Positions 37,836 through 51,268 of a stretch of 64,000 nucleotides of DNA are shown here, piece by piece. Made by a program: the position numbers and the translations under genes. The notes beneath the pieces were generated by a model. The model was not told the DNA's origin. It was given only the letters and a program-made list of their open reading frames with translations, and did not search any database. This DNA is from Mobula birostris (lineage: Eukaryota), in assembly GCF_030028105.1 (NCBI RefSeq), contig NC_092397.1:28301097-28365096 (forward strand), in the 5' to 3' direction. How positions within the stretch are numbered: position 1 is the stretch's first letter; each line of letters begins with the position of its first letter.

Positions 37836-39224
37836 ATAGAAACATAGAAAATAGGTGCAGGAGAAGGCCATTCGGCCCTTTGAGCCTGCACCGCCATTTA
37901 TTATGATCATGGCTGATCATCCAACTCAGAACACCGCCCCGGCCTTCCCTCCATACCCCCTGACCCCCGTAGCCACAAGGGCTATATCTAACTCCCTCTT
38001 AAATATAGCCAATGAACTGGCCTCAACGGTTTCCTGTGGCAGAGAATTCCACAGATTCACCACTCTCTGTGTGAAGAAGTTCTTCCTAATCTCGGTCCTA
38101 AAAGGCTTCCCCTCTATCCTCAAACTGTGACCCCTTGTTCTGGACTTCCCCAACATCGGGAACAATCTTCCTGCATCTAGCCTGTCCAATCCCTTTAGGA
38201 TCTTATACGTTTCAATCAGATCCCCCCTCAATCTTCTAAATTCCAACGAGTACAAGCCCAGTTCATCCATTCTTTCTTCATATGAAAGTCCTGCCATCCC
38301 AGGAATCAATCTGGTGAACCTTCTCTGTACTCCCTCTATGGTAAGGATGTCTTTCCTCAGATTAGGGGACCAAAACTGCACACAATACTCCAGGTGTGGT
38401 CTCACCAAGGCCTTGTACAACTGCAGTAGTACCTCCCTGCTCCTGTACTCAAATCCTCTCGCTATAAATGCCAGCATACCATTCGCCTTTTTCAACGTCT
38501 GCTGTACCTGCATGCCCACTTTCAATGACTGGTGTATAATGACACCCAGGTCACGTTGCACCTCCCCTTTTCCTAATCGGCCACCATTCAGATAATAATC
38601 TGTTTTCCTATTTTTGCCACCAAAGTGGATAACTTCACATTTATCCACATTAAATTGCATCTGCCATGAATTTGCCCACTCACCCAACCTATCCAAGTCA
38701 CCCTGCATCCTCTTAGCGTCCTCCTCACAGCTAACACTGCCACCTAGCTTCGTGTCATCCGCAAACTTGGAGATGCTGCATTTAATTCCCTCATCGAAGT
38801 CATTAATATATATTGTAAACAACTGGGGTCCCAGCACTGAGCCTTGCGGTACCCCACTAGTCACCGCCTGCCATTCTGAAAAGGTCCCGTTTAATCCCAC
38901 TCTTTGCTTCCTGTCTGCTAACCAACTCTCCACTCACACCAATACCTTACCCCCAATACCGTGTGCTTTAAGTTTGCACACTAATCTCCTGTGTGGGACC
39001 TTGTCAAAAGCCTTCTGAAAATCCAAATATACCACATCCACTGGTTCTCCCCTATCCACTCTACCAGTTACATCCTCAAAAAATTCTATGAGATTCGTCA
39101 GACATGATTTTCTTTTCACAAATCCATGCTGACTTTGTCCGATCATTTCACCGCTTTCCAAATGTGCTGTTATCACATCCTTGATAACTGACTCCAGCAG
39201 TTTCCCCACCACCGACGTTAGGCT
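37836..39224 (-). mobile_element. Young 5'-truncated CR1 LINE
   Basis: ORFs 38934..39212 and 37926..38933 are in frame and split by one TGA. Full RT motifs (QHGF, DFQKAFDKV, GVPQGSVLGP, FADD) and a TTTCTATG tail. Confidence 0.95.
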
Positions 39225-39429
39225 ATTAACTGTGTGTTTTCCTCATTCCATCTGCTTTTCTAGCAGATACGACGGGCCGAATGACCGAATACTGTCGCTG
39301 TAATTGGTCCATTTTGTATTTTAGATTTCCTTCCTGCGGAATTAACCGGCAGCAGCAATTCACCACATCGGCGACAGTTCCCAGTCCACGGCGTTACCCA
39401 AAACGAACACTGGGTAGCGCAGAACGAGT

Positions 39430-39617
39430 TCTGATTGGTTGAACGAATTCCTTTAGCTATCCAATCAAATTATCTTACTGCATGAACGTTACTTCAAATA
39501 GCCATTGAGAAACATAGGCATCCCATCCCTCATTAGCATACACCTCTGGGCGCTGCCTATTTAATTCGTGCTCCGAGCCCGTTTTGCTTATTTGTGGTTC
39601 TGAAGCGGTCAGCTGAA
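39430..39617 (+). promoter_or_regulatory. H2B promoter
   Basis: ATTGG/CCAAT boxes, octamer variant ATTAGCAT at 39532-39539, TATTTAA at ~39558. Confidence 0.75.
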
Positions 39618-39992
39618 ATGCCTGAGACAGCGAAACCCGCTCCGAAGAAGGGCGCCAAGAAAACTCTGCCCAAACCAGCGGGTAAGGCAGGGAAGAAGCG
39701 CAAGAGGCTGAGGAAGGAGAGTTACTCCATCTACATCTACAAAGTGATGAAGCAGGTTCACCCCGATACTGGCATCTCCTCCAAGGCCATGAGCATCATG
39801 AATTCATTCGTCAACGACATCTTCGAGCGCATCGGGGGCGAGGCTTCCCGCCTGGCCCATTACAACAAGCGGTCAACCATCACCTCACGGGAGATCCAGA
39901 CCGCCGTGCGCCTGCTGCTGCCCGGGGAGCTGGCCAAGCACGCCGTTTCCGAAGGAACAAAGGCGGTGACCAAGTACACCAGCTCCAAGTAA
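39618..39992 (+). CDS. H2B: Histone H2B, replication-dependent
   Basis: ATG at 39618; 124 aa [11 protein letters not shown]...KYTSSK; stem-loop follows. Confidence 0.98.
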   Translation: MPETAKPAPKKGAKKTLPKPAGKAGKKRKRLRKESYSIYIYKVMKQVHPDTGISSKAMSIMNSFVNDIFERIGGEASRLAHYNKRSTITSREIQTAVRLLLPGELAKHAVSEGTKAVTKYTSSK

Positions 39993-40023
39993 AGCTCCCC
40001 AGTGAGATGATCGGAGACACAAC

Positions 40024-40064
40024 GGCTCTTTTAAGAGCCACTCACGATTTCACTGAGAGAGTTG
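40024..40064 (+). terminator. Histone 3' stem-loop and downstream element (H2B)
   Basis: GGCTCT-TTTA-AGAGCC at 40024-40039; GAGAGAGTTG at ~40055-40064. Confidence 0.95.
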
Positions 40065-40629
40065 TACTAGCATTTAGGCAATACATGGCGCACGTTTTAT
40101 GTGTGGTGACTTTTACAGGAGCTAAAGAGCGGTTGGAATATCCGCTTCATCTTCCCTCAATAATCCTGGTGTTTAACATTCCTCCCACTCCCGTTGCTGT
40201 TTTAGCTGTGGGTTCAGGAGTTTATTAGTTGGAGTTAGGTAACTTCTCTGAATCTCATTTTAATTCGAGGCCGGAACGACTTCACGGTTCTTTCATACAT
40301 CAGTTTTTTTAAAAAAAATTGCAGACTAGCCGCTGGTCACAGTTTGTCCATAACCTGCTAACGTTTACACAATGACTGGCACCGGGCAGAAGCTGAGTGT
40401 CAGATTTACTCGGTTCCTTTACGAGTTGAAAGAAATTTGAGTGCCCAGACACTCCATTATCAACTACACTTACATTAAATGTGCCCGGTTTCAGTAACAG
40501 GGGGAAATACGAAGACCCAGTCCTCAAACAGATCAGCAATGATTTAATTTCAGATTAAATTTGAACAATGAGTTTTTTTGGCGGGCTTTTTCCAATTTTC
40601 AGAGTACTTTGGGGAGGAGATGGTTACAC

Positions 40630-41215
<586 letters not shown>

Positions 41216-41245
41216 GGCGACGTAAACTGAACCTATTTACCCAAA

Positions 41246-41286
41246 GGCTCTTTTCAGAGCCACTCACAGTGTCTGTGGAAGGGCTG
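41246..41286 (+). terminator. Histone 3' stem-loop and downstream element (H2A)
   Basis: GGCTCT-TTTC-AGAGCC at 41246-41261; GGAAGGGCTG downstream. Confidence 0.95.
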
Positions 41287-41810
41287 AACAGCGGGTGATT
41301 ACCGTTCGGAGTAACTCGGCTGTGTATCTGACACGGCCCCGATCGGAGGCATCCCTGGTAACGTTTTCTCTCCTTCCGTCGTGTTTCTTCCGCGAATTAA
41401 ATCGGTATAAGTCTGCAGAGTACGCGGTCCGCTTCGCCCTGACTCATTTCCCGTCTCTGCTGGCTGAATGGAGCTCTCTCCCCTTCCGGGGCGGGGAAAT
41501 TAACTTTCAGAGTCAGCCCCCGGAGGGTGAATTTAATCTCCGATCATTGAACGATTCCGGTCTTCATGACCTGAAACCGCGTTGTCTGGGTTTCACATTG
41601 CGGGTTGACCCTGAGACCGTTCCGCTGATCGCTTCATGAGCAATTCCCACCGCCTCACAGAACAATATTGATTTGCAGCTTTACATTTATCTACAAAAGT
41701 ACATTTACCATATGGAACTGACAGTATTTACTGAAAATCTCGTCCGCCTGGGTCTCTGAAATATAAATGAACATTTGCAAAGTCGGGGTCAGTTTGGTCA
41801 GATCTCCCGA

Positions 41811-41882
41811 GACACGGCTCCCTCTGTGAGGCGGTGGGTCGCTCTGATACAGACTTTTGTTTGTGCCAGGAAGAAAAGGGAG
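41811..41882 (-). pseudogene. H4 3'-UTR relic with a decayed stem-loop
   Basis: ACGGCTCCCTCTGTGAGGCGGTGGGTCGCTCTGATACAGACTTTTGTTTGTGCC aligns with the H4 3' end at ~53840-53910. Confidence 0.7.
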
Positions 41883-42029
41883 GGGGTGGGTGGATCGACA
41901 AGGAGGTTCAGTGCTGTCCTGTCTCTAATAGGAACTTCTAAATACTGATTGATAAAACTGGACACACAGAATAAATTCTGCGCCACCAACCCTTTTGCAG
42001 TGCGGCGGTCCCAGTATACATGATGCGGC

Positions 42030-45000
42030 AATCCCCAGGGATGTCTTCTCTAAGTACCACTGAGATGTTCTCTCTGGTCAAACACATCTCTCCCCTCCAC
42101 TCCATCGTACCTGTAGCATTTGTATTGTGAAACTGATCTGCCGGTCCTGCCCCTCCGACAATCATTTTTCTGTTGGGGATATAATATCCCAGTCTCCTGC
42201 ACGGATCCATGCCCAGGGGCCATCTTCTGTTCAGAACAAAGGACAGTACAGGAGTGGCCCTTTGGCCCTTCTCTACATATTCTTGTGACTGTCTAAATTT
42301 CCTTAAATACTCCTGTGCTCTCTGCCTCTGCCACCACCCCTGACAGTGCATTCCATGTCTCCATCAATCTGTTGTCTTCACTTTCTTCCTCTGACCTTAA
42401 ATACATGCCTTCTGTGAAAAATATTACTGGCTGTCTACACCAACTATGACCACAAAATTCCACAGGTTTCTATCAAATCTCTCCTGAGCCGACGCCACTC
42501 CAGAAGAAAAAAGTTTCAGCATGTCGAGCCTCTCCTCAGCACACACCTCCTCCAGACATCCTGCTCCAAACCCTCCACCTGCCTCCTATAATGAGGTGAT
42601 CAGAACTGAACACGATACTCTCAGTGTGGCCTCACCAGCATTTTATAAACCTGTAACATCATGTCCTGGGGCTTGAACTCAGTGCCTTGCCTGATGAAGG
42701 TAAACATGCCATACACCGACTTCACCTCCCTGTCAACCTGTGCTCCCAGTTTTAGGGAACTGATGTCTCTGAACCTCAACATCCTTCTCTTTGTCAATAC
42801 TGTTAATGTTCCTGCCATTAACTGTGTACACACCCTTGATGTTGGATCTCCCAAAGTGCAGCCCTAGGTATCCTTTTCACCACAACGAATGTATGGAATG
42901 CAATGGGATTATCTTCAATCCTACTTGCCGGAGATTTTTCATCAGTGTTTCCAGCTCTCCAAACATTCTTGAGTTCCCCTGTTTTTTAAATATAGTCCTC
43001 AAACACCCTGTTTGATTACAGATTCCTAAGCCTTACTTATGCTTCTTCCTCCTCCTTGATTAAATTAACTTCCTGTCACATCATCCAAGGTTCCTGAACC
43101 TTGCCATCCTTGACCCTCCCTCTTACTGGAAAAAACTGGCCCTGAAACACTGCACTGGTCTTTCAACAAACTCCAGGTCAGATGTGGATTTGCCTCAAAA
43201 TCCATCGTTACATATTGCTGTGCCTGGCATCTAACTCAGCTTCAATCTCTCCATTCAGTGACTGGTGTTCTGTTTCACATCCCCCTGTCAATCTCGTTTC
43301 AACCCTCATAGGGAGCAGCAATGAACCTCATGATCCTGACCGCCCTCCAGTAAAACTGCAAACCATCCCTCTTGTAAATGTCACCACAACACCAGAAGAG
43401 GTTCCAATGTTCTGTAATCCTGAAACCCTGTCCCTGTATCAGCTCCTTAGCCACACATTCATCAGCTCTCACTTTCTGTTTGTATCCCTACCACCACAGG
43501 GCACTAGGAGTAAACTGGAGATTACAACATTTCAGGTTCTGCTCCATAACTTCTTCCCTAACTCTCTGTGGGACATCATCCCTTTTCTACCTGTCCATTG
43601 GTACCGATGTGAATCACTATCTCTGGCTGAATGAACACCATCCCCCTGTTCTGTATCTGCTCCGAGATGTCCCTGACTCTCAGAGTATTTACAACTTTTA
43701 AAACCAACAAAAAGCAACAAAAAAAGTCATAAAGAGAGGAAAAAGTTAGAATACGAAGGTAAGCTAGCCACTGGTATTAAAGAGTATACCAAAAGTTTCT
43801 TCAGATATACAAAGTGTAAAAGAGAGGCAAAAGTAGATATTAGTTCATTGGAAGATGTTACTGGAGAGGTAGTAATGGGGTACAGGAAAATGGCAGACAA
43901 TCTGAATAAGTATTGTGCATCAGTCTTCACTGGGGACGATATTAGCAGTCTGCTGGAAATTCAAGAGAATCAGCGGGAAGAAATGAGTGATTTGCCTTTA
44001 CTAGGGAGATGGTCCTTGGGAATCTGAAAGGTCTGAAGGTAGAGAATTCACTTGGACCAGATTATCTACACCAGTGCTATGAAAGATGTGGCTGAAGAGA
44101 TTGTGGCAGTTTTAGTAATAATCTTTCCATAATCCCTGGATTCTGGTGTGGTTCCAGAGAACAGGAAAATTGCAAAGGTCATCCACTCTTAAAGAAGAGG
44201 GAGAAGCAGAAGAAAGCAAATCATAGACCAGCTAGTCCGATCTCAGTGGTTGGGAAGATGATGGAGTCAATTGTCAAGGATGTATTTTTGGGTACTTGGC
44301 AACACATGAAAAAATAGGCCAAAGTCAGCATGGTTTCCTTTAATCAGTCCTTACCAAAGACTTGTGTATCTGCAACACTTCTTCCCAACTCTTGTACTCA
44401 GTGACATGAATGATGAAGGCCGGCAGATCAAACCCCATCTTCACCACCGTACCTAGCTGAGACGTCACTTTCAGTGAATTACACATTCACATGGACATTA
44501 TTTATATAAATTACAAACAACAAAGGTCCTGTCACCCAGTGGCACACCACTAGACAGACAGCTCCAGTCTGAGGGACAACCCTCAACCATCAGCCTCTGC
44601 CTCCTGTCACCGAGGCAATTATGGAATCGATCAACTATCTCCCCAGATTCCAGTTTCTAGATCTAACCTTCCAGACTATAGTCAAAGGCCTGGCTAATGT
44701 CCATATAGACAACATCCACAACCCTAACCTCATCTACACCCTTGTGAAACCCCTCAAAGGGCTGCAAGAAATTACCAGACATAATTTTCCTTGCACAAAA
44801 CTGTGCTGACTGTCTTGAATCAAACCAAATTTTGGTGGATCCTGTTCTTCAGAAACTCCTCCAACAAATTACAGACTGATGGGCCTGTAGTTTCCACTAC
44901 CCTTTTTGAACAATGGCAGCGCATAAACCATCAGTCCTGAAGTCACAGGAGCAGGATTAGGCCTTTTGGCCCATTCAGTCTGTTCTGCCATTCCATCATA

Positions 45001-46840
45001 TATCCCTCTCAACCCCATTCTCCTGCCTTCTACCCATAAACTTTGATACCCTTAATAATAATTAAAAATCTACTAACCTCTGCTTTAAAAAAAAAACACT
45101 GACTGCCTTTATGGCTGCCTGTGGAAATGAAATCCATTGATTCATCACCTTCTGACTAAAGAAATTACTCATCTCTATTCTAGAGGGGCATCTTTTATTG
45201 AGGGTGTGGTTTGGTTCTAGATTCCTCCATTATTGGAAACATCCTCTCACATCAACGCTATCTAGGCCGTTCAATATTCAATGTGTTTCTATAAGATTCT
45301 CCCTCATTCTTCTAGACTCCAGTGACTGCAGGCCCAGATCATCAAATGATTATTACATCCTAACTCTTTCAGTCCTGGGATCATTCTCGTGAATTTCCAC
45401 TACAGCCTCTGCAATGCCAGCACATCCTTTCTTAGAAAAGTTACCCAAGCCTGCTCATGATACTCCAAACGAGGTCTGACCAAAGCCTCAGCATTAGATC
45501 CTTGTTTTACTTTCTAGTTCTCTTGAAATGCATGCAAGTATTACATTTGCCTTCCTCACTACCAACTCAATGTGTGCATTAACCTTTAGGGAATCGTGCA
45601 CTAAGACCCTTCACACAACTGATTTCTGTTCTCTCCCTGTTTAGAAAGAGCCTAGGGTGTTATTCCTCCTACCAGAGTACATGACCACACACTTCATTAC
45701 ACTGTATTTCATCTGGCACTTCCTTGTCCATTCTCCAAATCTGTCCAAGTGCTACTGCAGACTCCCTGCTTCCTCAACACTGCCTGCCTCTTCATATCAT
45801 CCACAGTCTTGGCCTCAAAACTATCAATTCCACATTAGTCACCCTGTCCAATCATGTGCAACCTCAACTGGTGCCTGAGATGAAGCAAAATAATCTCTCC
45901 CCTGGCCTCCACAGTGTATTCTCCAGCTTCCCACAAAGTACGAGAATGTACCTGATAAAGCCCTGGAGATTTAACAACCTTAAAGAATTTTTGCAATGGT
46001 GAAATAACTGTCAGAAATATTCATGGAAAGCCTCTCCTATTTCATTTGCCTCCACACACAGATGGCCATGTTCACCTCCAAGGGTGATTCTGTGTCTAAC
46101 TTAACTTTTCCTATGAATATACCAAGAGAATCTCTTGGATTTTGCTCACTTTGCCTTCTGAATCATGATATCCTCCTTTTACCCTCCTAACTTTTATTAG
46201 AGATCCTATCTCTAATAATATTCTCGAATAATTTCCCGAACATTGATCCAAGACTCACCAATCTGTAATTTGTCTCCATTGCCTGAGGAACAACATGCCC
46301 TGGAATATCAACATTCCCTTCTCTGATCTCACTATCCTCCATGACCACATTGATGAATACTGATGAGAAGTACAGGTTTAGTCCTTCGCACACTTCAGAT
46401 ATAAATTCTCTCCTCTGTGCTTGTGTTGTCGTACCCTCTCCGCAGTGCCCCTTCTCACCAAAGTTATTTCTTCTTCCCGTTTCACACTTCTGATTCTCTC
46501 TCTAACTTCTCTCTTACTTGTTTCATGTTGCTAGAGGCTTTCTCCAATTTCAACTTCTGAAATATTCCTTATCCTTCATTTTCTTTCAGTCTGAATTCAT
46601 AACATCTCTCACTATGCCCCTCTGCCAGACTTTACCATCCTTGTGTTTCCTCCTCATAGAAACAGTTCTGTCTGAATTCTGACCCGATTGCTTTTAAACA
46701 TCATTTACATGTTCAATGTAGACAGTTGCAATTAACTGTACCCCAAATGACCATATTACCACCGGGTCCAGTCTTGTCCCTATTTACTGTTCCGAAAATG
46801 AAACTTCTATCAATGGCCAGGCTCATTTCCCAATACAATG
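42030..46840. mobile_element. Mosaic of old CR1 fragments on both strands
   Basis: Scattered degenerate CR1 EN, tether and RT motifs (e.g. 43720-44340 +, 44940-45830 -). Individual boundaries not resolved. Confidence 0.6.
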
Positions 46841-46849
46841 TTTTCTATG

Positions 46850-47494
46850 ACATTTATAGCGAGAGGATTCGAGTACAGGAGCAGGGAGGTACTACTGCAG
46901 TTGTACAAGGCCTTGGTGAGACCACACCTGGAGTATTGTGTGCAGTTTTGGTCCCCTAATCTGAGGAAAGACATCCTTGCTATAGAGGGAGTACAAAGAA
47001 GGTTCACCAGATTGATTCCTGGGATGGCAGGACTTTCATATGAAGAAAGACTGGATGAACTGGGCTTGTACTCGTTGGAATTTAGAAGATTGAGGGGGGA
47101 TCTGATTGAAACGTATAAGATCCTAAAGGGATTGGACAGGCTAGATGCAGGAAGATTGTTCCCGATGTTGGGGAAGTCCAGAACGAGGGGTCACAGTCTG
47201 AGGATAAAGGGGAAGCCTTTTAGGACCGAGATGAGGAAAAACTTCTTCACACAGAGAGTGGTGAATCTGTGGAATACTCTGCCATAGGAAACAGTTGAGT
47301 CCAGTTCATTGGCTATATTTAAGAGGGAGTTAGATATGGCCCTTGTGGCTATGGGGGTCAGGGGGTATGGAGGGAAGGCTGGGGCGGGGTTCTGAGTTGG
47401 ATGATCAGCCATGATCATAATAAATGGCGGTGCAGGCTCGAAGGGCCGAATGGCCTGCTCCTGCACCTATTTTCTATGTTTCTATGTTTCTATG
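46850..47494 (+). mobile_element. Young CR1 3' end, same subfamily as 37836-39224
   Basis: ORF 46838..47287 differs from the 37926 ORF at about five residues over the shared part. (TTTCTATG)3 tail. Confidence 0.95.
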
Positions 47495-50400
47495 GCTCCC
47501 TTCCCGGGTTAGACTATCCACTTAAATGTTCAGTAACATCCCAGTATTCTTCTAACATATTCGGTGATATCTAAGCCCCTGACTCTAAGGGAGTCCCAGT
47601 CAACATTGGGGAAATTAGTCACCCACTGCAACTACCCTGTTGCTTTTACATCTTTCATTACCTGCTACATTTCTGTTCCTTTATCTCCTGCTGGCATTTG
47701 GGAGGCCTGTGGTATAACCCCATCAGTGAATGCACCTCTCTTATCCTGAGCTCCATCCACATTGTCCCACTGGATGAACCCTCCAGTGTGTCCTCTCTTA
47801 GTCCCTCACCCACAATTCCATATAAAGTCTGATCTGCCATCAGCCTTCCTTGTATGTCAATCCCACTTCCCTGATTTTACAAAACATTTATCTTCCTTCT
47901 CTTTGAATCTTTTCAGTTATCCAGCCTCCCCATTCATCTCAGTTGGGGAATTCCAGTGTTTGTTATACAGTGTTTTTTTAATCATTTGTGGCCTTGTAGA
48001 ACAGTGCAGGCATGTACTCTGGTTTCCTGTAGTCCACAGTTTTGAGTGCCACAGTCCCACACAGTCATCAGATTATGTAAAAGGAGAGGGAGTTTGATGA
48101 AGTGAACCTGGGCAGTTGGCACATTTTGCATGTCACAGCTCCCGAGGAAATGTTTGATTGCCCATAATTCGGAACGTGGCAAGATCCAATAAAAAGAAGT
48201 TAGACTTAACCAGAGCGGTCATTGTATGAGTGGGCCAGAATTGGAGTGGGGAGTTCAGGTTTCGTCCCTTCTGAGAGATGTAGGCCACAGGTAGATATAT
48301 TTTGATTTAATCTTTATTTCTTTTGTATTACACATTTAGAGCAGAGGGGATGCCAGACAAGATACTTGTCTTGATGGAAGGAGACAGAGGGTGGTCATGG
48401 CAGCTTGTTATTCAGGTTGGAGGCCTCTGACCAGTGACAGTCACAGGGATCGGTGCTGGTGCTGTCAATTGTCATCTACATTAACAATTTTCTGACATTG
48501 TAGTGACAGTGAGTTTGCAGATGACAGCAATGTTGGTGGTAGTGTGGACTGTGAAGATTGTGTGAGAGTACAATAGGATGGAGATTAACTGGGGAAGTCG
48601 GCCAAAAAATGGCAGAAGGATATTGATGTGGACAAGTTTCAGGTGTTGCATTATGAGAAGTTCAACCAGGGAAGGATCTGCACAGTAAATTCTTGTCCCT
48701 TGGAGAGTATTACAGAAGAGGGCCATGAAATACAGAAACATCATTCACTGAAAGAGACAACACAGATAGTCAGGATGGTGAAGGTGGTGTTTGGCCTATT
48801 TGTCTTCATTGATCAGGGAACTAAGTAGAGAATTTGGGATGCCGTATGACAGCTGTAAAAGTCAAAGTGAGACCAGACTGTATTTTGCACAGTTCTGGTC
48901 ATCCAGTTGCAGGAAAGATGTCATGAAGCTGGCAAGTGTGGAGGGAAGTTTGATGAGAATGTTACTGACACTGGAGGACTTTAATTATCAGCAGAAGCTG
49001 GACAGACTGGGACTCTCTTTCTCTCTCCTGAGAGAGTAAGGAGCTGTCTGGTGACCGTCCAGAGGTTTACAAAATCAGTAGGTGAGCACTCTTTTTGTAG
49101 GGTAGGGAAGCCTAAATTTACAGGGTAATGGTTTAAGATGAAGGGGAAACATTTAAAAGCTACCTTATGGGTGGGGGATGTTGCATCTTTGAATAAGGAG
49201 ACCAACACTTCACTGATAAGAGGGGTTTTGATGAGGTCTTGTAAGTATAGGTTTTAAATAAAATGATGAATGATGATTTTGATGGGATTAATCTGCCGGC
49301 CTCCCAATCGGCTCAGATATTGTGCAGCAGACATATTAGTAAATCACACAGAGGGGTAATGGGAACAAGTTTACAGCAGTTGGGCATTTCAACTTTCCCA
49401 GATTACCTTGTATGAGAAGTTTCAGTCTCCAGGAGAAATTTGCAGAAACAGTATTTAAAAGGGAGGATGAGGCAACCATCACTAACAACAGAAGACAAAG
49501 GCAGCATAAAAGAACATGAGAGGGCAAAGAATATCACCAAAATTAATGGGAAGCTAAAGGAATGGGAAACTTAAAAAAAACAGAACAACTATAATAACAA
49601 TATGCAGAAGTCAGATGAATTATGAAAGTAACTGGCCAATAATAGAAACAAGATACAAAAAAGATTTATTTTCAGATATATGAAGAGTAAAAGAGGCAAG
49701 AATGGACAAGGTTTTAGGTTTCCTATTCTCATCTTCAGACTCACACCCCTCCCTGATCCTCTTTTTACACGATTTAGTTTATTCTGTATTTCTTATTTTA
49801 ATTGTTTTTTTTAAGAAATTGCTCTGTACTGCTGTAGCAAAACAACAAAGTTAATGACATATGTCCGTGATAATGAACATGATTTTGAATTTGATACTAA
49901 TCACCTTCACTGATCAATGCCAGTGCACAAAAGTTTTATTAATGAGTTGGAGTAACTTCCCTCAACTTTACTTAGAAGGATGTCGCGGATTACAGGGTGC
50001 TCATGATCACTTAGGGAAGAGGGCCAAGTGTGGCAAATGCATTTCAATACAGATAAGTGTGAGGCGGTGCATATTGGAAAGTCAAACCAGTGTAGAACTT
50101 ACACTATGAAAGATCGGTCATTGGGGACTGGAATGGGCCGGAGAGATTTAGGGGTAAAGTGAACACAGTTCATTGAAAGTTGTGTCACTTGCAGACAGGG
50201 TGGTGAAGAACGGGGTTTAACATGCTGGTCTTCATTAGTCAGGGGATAGAGTATATCAGTTGTGACATTATGTCACAGTTGTGTAAATGACTGGAGGACA
50301 CACTTGCCGATTTGTATACAGCTCTTGTCACCATTATAGGAAACGTGGTTAAACTGGGGAAAGTGTGGAAAAGATTTCCAAGGTATATTTCCCGGACCCG

Positions 50401-50589
50401 AGGTTCTCAGTTACATAGTCAGTTTGGCCAGACAATGTCCTTTGTCCTTTATTCCTTGGAATCAGAATCAGATTTATCACCGTGTTATATGACGAGGAAC
50501 CTGTCGTTTTGTTCTGACAGCAGTACAGGCCTCTGAAGGTGCAGATGTGAACATTGTGTCAGCATAACGACAAGAGATTCTGGGAATGG

Positions 50590-50720
50590 CGAACAACGCG
50601 GCCAAAATGCTGGAGGAACCCAGCAAGTCAGGCAGCATCTCCCACCAGAGTCCTGATGAAGGGACTCGGCCCGAAATGTCCACTGTTTATTCTCAGCATT
50701 GATGCTGCCTGACTTGCTGA
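50590..50720 (+). mobile_element. Small palindromic Penelope derivative with the best-preserved hammerhead-like motif
   Basis: Perfect 19-bp inverted repeat (50621-50639 / 50701-50719) around AGTC-CTGATGA-A-GGG-ACTCGG-CCC-GAAA-TG-TC-CACT (50649-50684). Confidence 0.7.
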
Positions 50721-51084
50721 TTCAGAGAGAGTGTTTTAAAGCGGCGGGCGGATTAGACGAGTATCACTGTGTTTGTGGGTCCGAACACATCGCCGGATTT
50801 CCCAGCGCCTCCTGTACAAAATGAAAAGATTTCTCTGTTATGGGATCGCCTCACTCCCCAGCTCAGTACCGAAGCGGGAATTAACCGCAAAGTTTTAGTT
50901 AGTTTCAAAATTTCAGCCGAAAAGCAGAGAACAGGTCAACAAAATGGAGAGAGATCGCGGGCAGTGCAGTAATCAAACGGGTTAAAATAGAAAGTGCTGC
51001 CTTTAATCCCGATTAAACTCTCTTTCCGGCGAACTTTGCGGCCTCAGTGACGGACAAGGACCAGTCTGAGTCTCTGGAGTGTCC

Positions 51085-51268
51085 GATTTTAATTGGAATC
51101 GGAGAGTTTTTGAGGAGAGAGAAACACAGAAAAATGAAGTCTCCGGGAGCTGACAGCAGGATGTCTCCGCCCCGTCCGCTCGCTGTCTTTAAATTGCTCT
51201 GGGCCGCCGCCTTTCGCTTCAGTTCTCATTCAGTCTGATTGTGAGAAGCATTTTCCAGAGTCGCCGAC
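51085..51268 (+). promoter_or_regulatory. H1 promoter
   Basis: H1 box AAACACA 51122-51128, GC box 51167-51172, CGTCCGC 51173-51179, TATA-like TTTAAAT 51188-51194. Confidence 0.75.

Noticed and set aside
37926-38933. Functional stand-alone reverse transcriptase gene
   Set aside because: 5'-truncated CR1 lacking EN and ORF1, with an in-frame stop at 38934-38936.
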